DNA of 63,737 nt from Octopus bimaculoides (lineage: Eukaryota): positions 1,598,376 to 1,662,112 of the forward strand of contig NC_068988.1 of assembly GCF_001194135.2 (NCBI RefSeq). Reading direction: 5' to 3'. The translations under genes and the position numbers were made by a program. This document shows, one piece after another, positions 63,044 to 63,737 of the stretch (position 1 is its first letter; every line of letters begins with the position of its first letter). The notes below the pieces were generated by a model. That model had not been told where the DNA came from, made no database searches, and worked only from the letters and a program-made list of their open reading frames with translations.

Positions 63044-63701
63044 ATAATCGCCATTTCGGTCGATGCATTTTCGTAGGCACTGGGGCAGTTTTTGTATGCC
63101 TATGTTGTACCAGCTCACCGCCATTTTCGTTGACGAAGCGTTGAATCTCATCTTTCACCTCGTCGTCGTTGCTGAAGCGCGTTACGGTCAAATGTTCTTT
63201 GAACTTAGGGAACAGGTGGTAGTCACTGGGTGCCGAGTTCAGACTATAAGGTGGATTGCCGTTTATGGTCTTATGTGAGCATTCGTGGGACCCTTCTTGC
63301 GCACACCTTCCGATATTGCAACTTTTCACTCAAAACCCTATGAATGGTGCTTCGGGAAACCTCAGGAACCAAAATGCGGAGATCATCCAGAGTGATCCGC
63401 CAATTTTCACGCAGGATTTGCTGAATATTCGCGACTGTCTCGTCGGAAATTGATGGTTGTCCGCTTCTTTCTTCGTACGACCAGCTGCAAACTCACTACA
63501 CCACTTGCAGGCGTTTTTGACATCCATACACGATTCGCCATACACTTCCGTTAATTGGCGATGAATTTCAATCGGTTTAATGCCTTTTGCGTTCAAAACC
63601 CGAATAACTGCGAACTTCACAGTGTTGCCAATAGCCGCACGCACAGTTTCCCTGCGTCCCCAGCGTTTTGGAGACCTTACTTTTGGGATCATCCTCGTTT
63701 A

Positions 63702-63712
<11 letters not shown>
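63044..63712 (-). mobile_element. Internally deleted mariner transposon
   Basis: N-terminal HTH (AVIRVLNAKGIKPIEIHRQLTEVYGESCMDV...KWC..F..GRT), PPYSLNSAPSDYHLFPK (compare PPYSPDLAPSDYHLF) and C-terminal KCIDRNGDY; TIR-like ACGAGGATGATCCCAAAAGT near 63700. Confidence 0.88.

Positions 63713-63737
<25 letters not shown>

Larger units (their letters stand above)
36450..63737. repeat. Region very dense in (TA)n, (CA)n, (TACA)n, (GA)n, (TCTA)n and (TTTC)n microsatellites
   Basis: Examples: 37220-37600, 42650-42900, 43262-43323 (TCTA), 43500-43600 (TC), 49620-50110, 52995-53100, 53690-54010, 55260-55815, 62075-62150 (TTTC). Most N gaps border such tracts. Confidence 0.95.

Noticed and set aside
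36450-63050. Dozens of ORFs rich in Y/I/C/V/H/T, or poly-F, poly-K, poly-E and poly-L
   Set aside because: They are translations of (TA)n, (CA)n, (TACA)n, (TTC)n and (TTTC)n microsatellites, which lack stops in several frames.

Overview
AT-rich, microsatellite-dense animal genomic DNA from a gapped scaffold (about 11 large N runs plus several 10-N joins). The repeat families match my recollection of octopus (coleoid cephalopod) genomes; this was not checked against a database. The first 20 kb hold the last four coding exons of a + strand gene (2217-2270, 4476-4653, 8263-8416, 19696-19830). These splice in compatible phases into an acidic C-terminal tail that I recognise from memory as dystrobrevin-like. 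The rest is intergenic or intronic: tRNA-headed SINEs of several families, fragments of RTE, R4/Dong and Penelope-like retroelements, piggyBac, mariner and Merlin DNA-transposon relics, and one well-defined orphan exon at 39464-39663. The most striking feature is an intact type I hammerhead ribozyme (56133-56185) inside a ~350 bp element bounded by 49-bp inverted repeats, with three more partial or degenerate hammerhead-like motifs elsewhere. Also notable are a ~250 bp foldback hairpin just downstream of a dystrobrevin exon whose substitutions are all A.C mismatches, and a CpG-poor to CpG-rich transition near 31 kb. Nearly all ORFs in the supplied track are microsatellite or N-gap artefacts. 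Repeat boundaries are approximate unless termini are stated.
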